NCBI GenBank assembly: GCA_951406725.2
Contig: OX597831.1
Coordinates: 372,001 to 436,000, forward strand
Reading direction: 5' to 3'
DNA from: Octopus vulgaris
Taxonomy: Eukaryota
Length of the DNA stretch: 64,000 nucleotides
Shown here piece after piece: positions 62,083-64,000 of this stretch. The position numbers and the translations under genes were made by a program. The notes beneath the pieces are model-generated. The model made no database searches. It was given only the letters and a program-made list of their open reading frames with translations, and had not been told where the DNA came from. Every line of letters begins with the position of its first letter. Within the stretch, counting starts at the first letter, position 1.

Positions 62083-62330
62083 GTTTAACGTCCGCTTTCC
62101 ATGCTAGCATGGATTGGACGGTTCAACTGGGGTCTGGGAAGCCCGAAGGCTGCACCAGGACAGTCAGATCTGGCAGTGTTTCTACAGCTGGATGCTCTTC
62201 CTAACGCTAACCACTCTGTGTGTGTAGTGGGTGCTTTTTATGTGCCACCGACACAGGTGCCAGACGAGGCTGGCGAACGGCCACGCTCGGATGGTGTTTG
62301 TTATGTGCCCACAGCACGGAGGCCAGTCGA
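62051..62330 (-). mobile_element. RTE-LINE 3' UTR repeat with long (CAT)n tail
   Basis: (CAT)n then cgtttaacgtccgctttccatgctagc... Confidence 0.75.
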
Positions 62331-62664
62331 TAAGTGGATGCTAAACAATGATAAATATGTAAACAGTATTAAAATTGAAATAAAATACTTGGTTACTAAT
62401 ATAATTTTTTGACTGTTGTTTTAGGTGTTTATGAATGAATAAGTTCAAATGAAAACTTCTGACTAGTTACTTTAGCTACCCTCTGCAGATGGCAAAAATC
62501 TCTTATCAAATTTTCTCTATCTTTAGGCCTTTAGCATTCTGATTATTCAATTTATTCACATTGTTTTTGCATTGACCATGTAGCTTCATGATTATGATGA
62601 TTGGTTGTTTATTTTTAAAATGACATGGTTGGATAGGTGTGACAGGTGGATGTAGCCAGTTTAA

Positions 62665-62885
62665 CCCTTTAGTGTTTACACTGGCCAAATCCGGCCCAAT
62701 ATATTCTACATGTTTTATATTCAAACTGGCGATGTCTAGCCTCTCACACCTAACCTACAATGCCATTCTAAAAATAAGTAATCACATCATTGAAACCTCA
62801 AAGCTGTAAGATAATCCAGGATTAATTCAAAACAATTTGAGTGAAAAAGTATTACATTTAACAGAGTAATCTGAACACTAAAGGG
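62665..62885. mobile_element. TTAA MITE nested in an older inverted copy of the same family
   Basis: ttaa|CCCTTTAGTG...CACTAAAGGG|ttaa; host halves at about 62529-62660 and 62890-62949. Confidence 0.72.
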
Positions 62886-63874
62886 TTAAATATAAAGTAG
62901 GTAGAATATTTGGGCTGGATATGATTGGGTTTAAATGCTAAAGGATTAAATCATATCAATAATAGCATCACATATGGCTTGAGCACTGGACTACACGTTC
63001 ATAATATGTAAGTTCTTTTATCCTGTTGCTGATACTCAGTAGAAACATCATGACCTCGTAAACAATGACAACACTATAAAACTGACAAATGATTCATTAG
63101 CTTTTAAGGCAGTTTAAGTCCAACTCCTTCTGAGGGACTTAGATGGGATCGAAATTTTGGTTCTGGTTATGGGCCCTTATAAGATTGATGGTGTTCACAT
63201 ACCCACTCTTTGTCAAACCTTTCCGTGTCCATACATTCACCGTTAAGTAGACATTACCCACAACTTGCCATTCTTTGTTAAACCTTCCTTCTGATGCACA
63301 TCCGTTCTAGGTTGATATTTCCTATGGCTGTTGACTTTTCCCTTAATCCTTTAGCATTCATGTTACTCTGTCAGACGCAATGCTTATTTATTTACATTGT
63401 TTTCAATTAAGCATTCATTATCCAGTAACTTAGAAATTTCACTGACGTGACTTTACTTTTAGGATGACATTGTAAGGTAGGTGCGAGAGGTTGGGTCTGG
63501 TTGGTTTAAATGCTAAACAGTTAAACCACAAGCTGTCAATCTCAGAAAAGCAATGTTCTTCAATCCAACAAGTGAAGACAGCTAAAATGGTGGCTGAATA
63601 ATTCCCAGATTGGCTACATTTATACCATAGTTGTATTTAAGCTGAGCTGAATGAAGATGGGGTGAGGGTCATTTTATCAACGATGATGGAATTAAGTTCC
63701 TACATAATTTTATTGATAGGTTAACATGTAAACATGAGCAATGTTGGAAAAAACTGGATTTATACAATAATATTCTATCTATACTGGTTTCCCCTGCACT
63801 ACAAGACATACACATATGTAATTACAGAATGTGCTGATGAGTAGGAGTGATAATAGGTAAACATAGATAATATA

Positions 63875-64000
63875 CAGGAGTTGGACAAAATAATGGAAAC
63901 ACCTAGCATCATAGCATCATAATTTTCAAATATTTATAAAACCATCAAAAGCTTTATTTTAATTTTTTGATTCATTATTAGTGTTGCTTATTATGTTTTG
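63875..64000. mobile_element. Tc1-like element left end (runs off the window)
   Basis: TA|CAGGAGTTGGACAAAATAATGGAAACACC resembles Tc1-family TIRs; the other end is not visible. Confidence 0.5.

Noticed and set aside
57300-64000. Search for the SIN3A start-codon exon
   Set aside because: No convincing exon with Sin3 similarity and splice signals was recognised. It is probably beyond the window, though a short divergent exon could have been missed.

Overview
AT-rich, microsatellite- and SINE-dense eukaryotic genomic DNA. The repeat landscape and gene architecture suggest a coleoid cephalopod (Octopus-like); this is an inference, not a database result. Two chromatin-regulator genes converge. 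On the + strand are the last four coding exons of an NSD-family H3K36 methyltransferase (end of SET, post-SET, PHD, C5HCH; stop at 10499-10501). On the - strand are 22 in-phase GT-AG coding exons of SIN3A (PAH1-3, HID, C-terminal domain; about 1188 aa read here, start codon not found in the window; stop at 24388-24390). Introns and the intergenic gap hold tRNA-derived SINEs, RTE and CR1/L2 LINE 3' ends, TTAA (piggyBac-like) MITEs, mariner/Tc1-like elements, a solo LTR, a non-autonomous Helitron and two Merlin-like MITEs. The most unusual items are: a doubly internally deleted histone H4 fragment sitting inside a SINE between two inverted MITEs; a CpG-retaining intergenic island that contrasts with CpG-decayed repeat copies in the gene bodies; and several long intronic hairpins. 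No CRISPR array or prokaryotic system is present, and I cannot support a claim of a wholly new biological system. Most short ORFs in the supplied track are repeat-derived noise.
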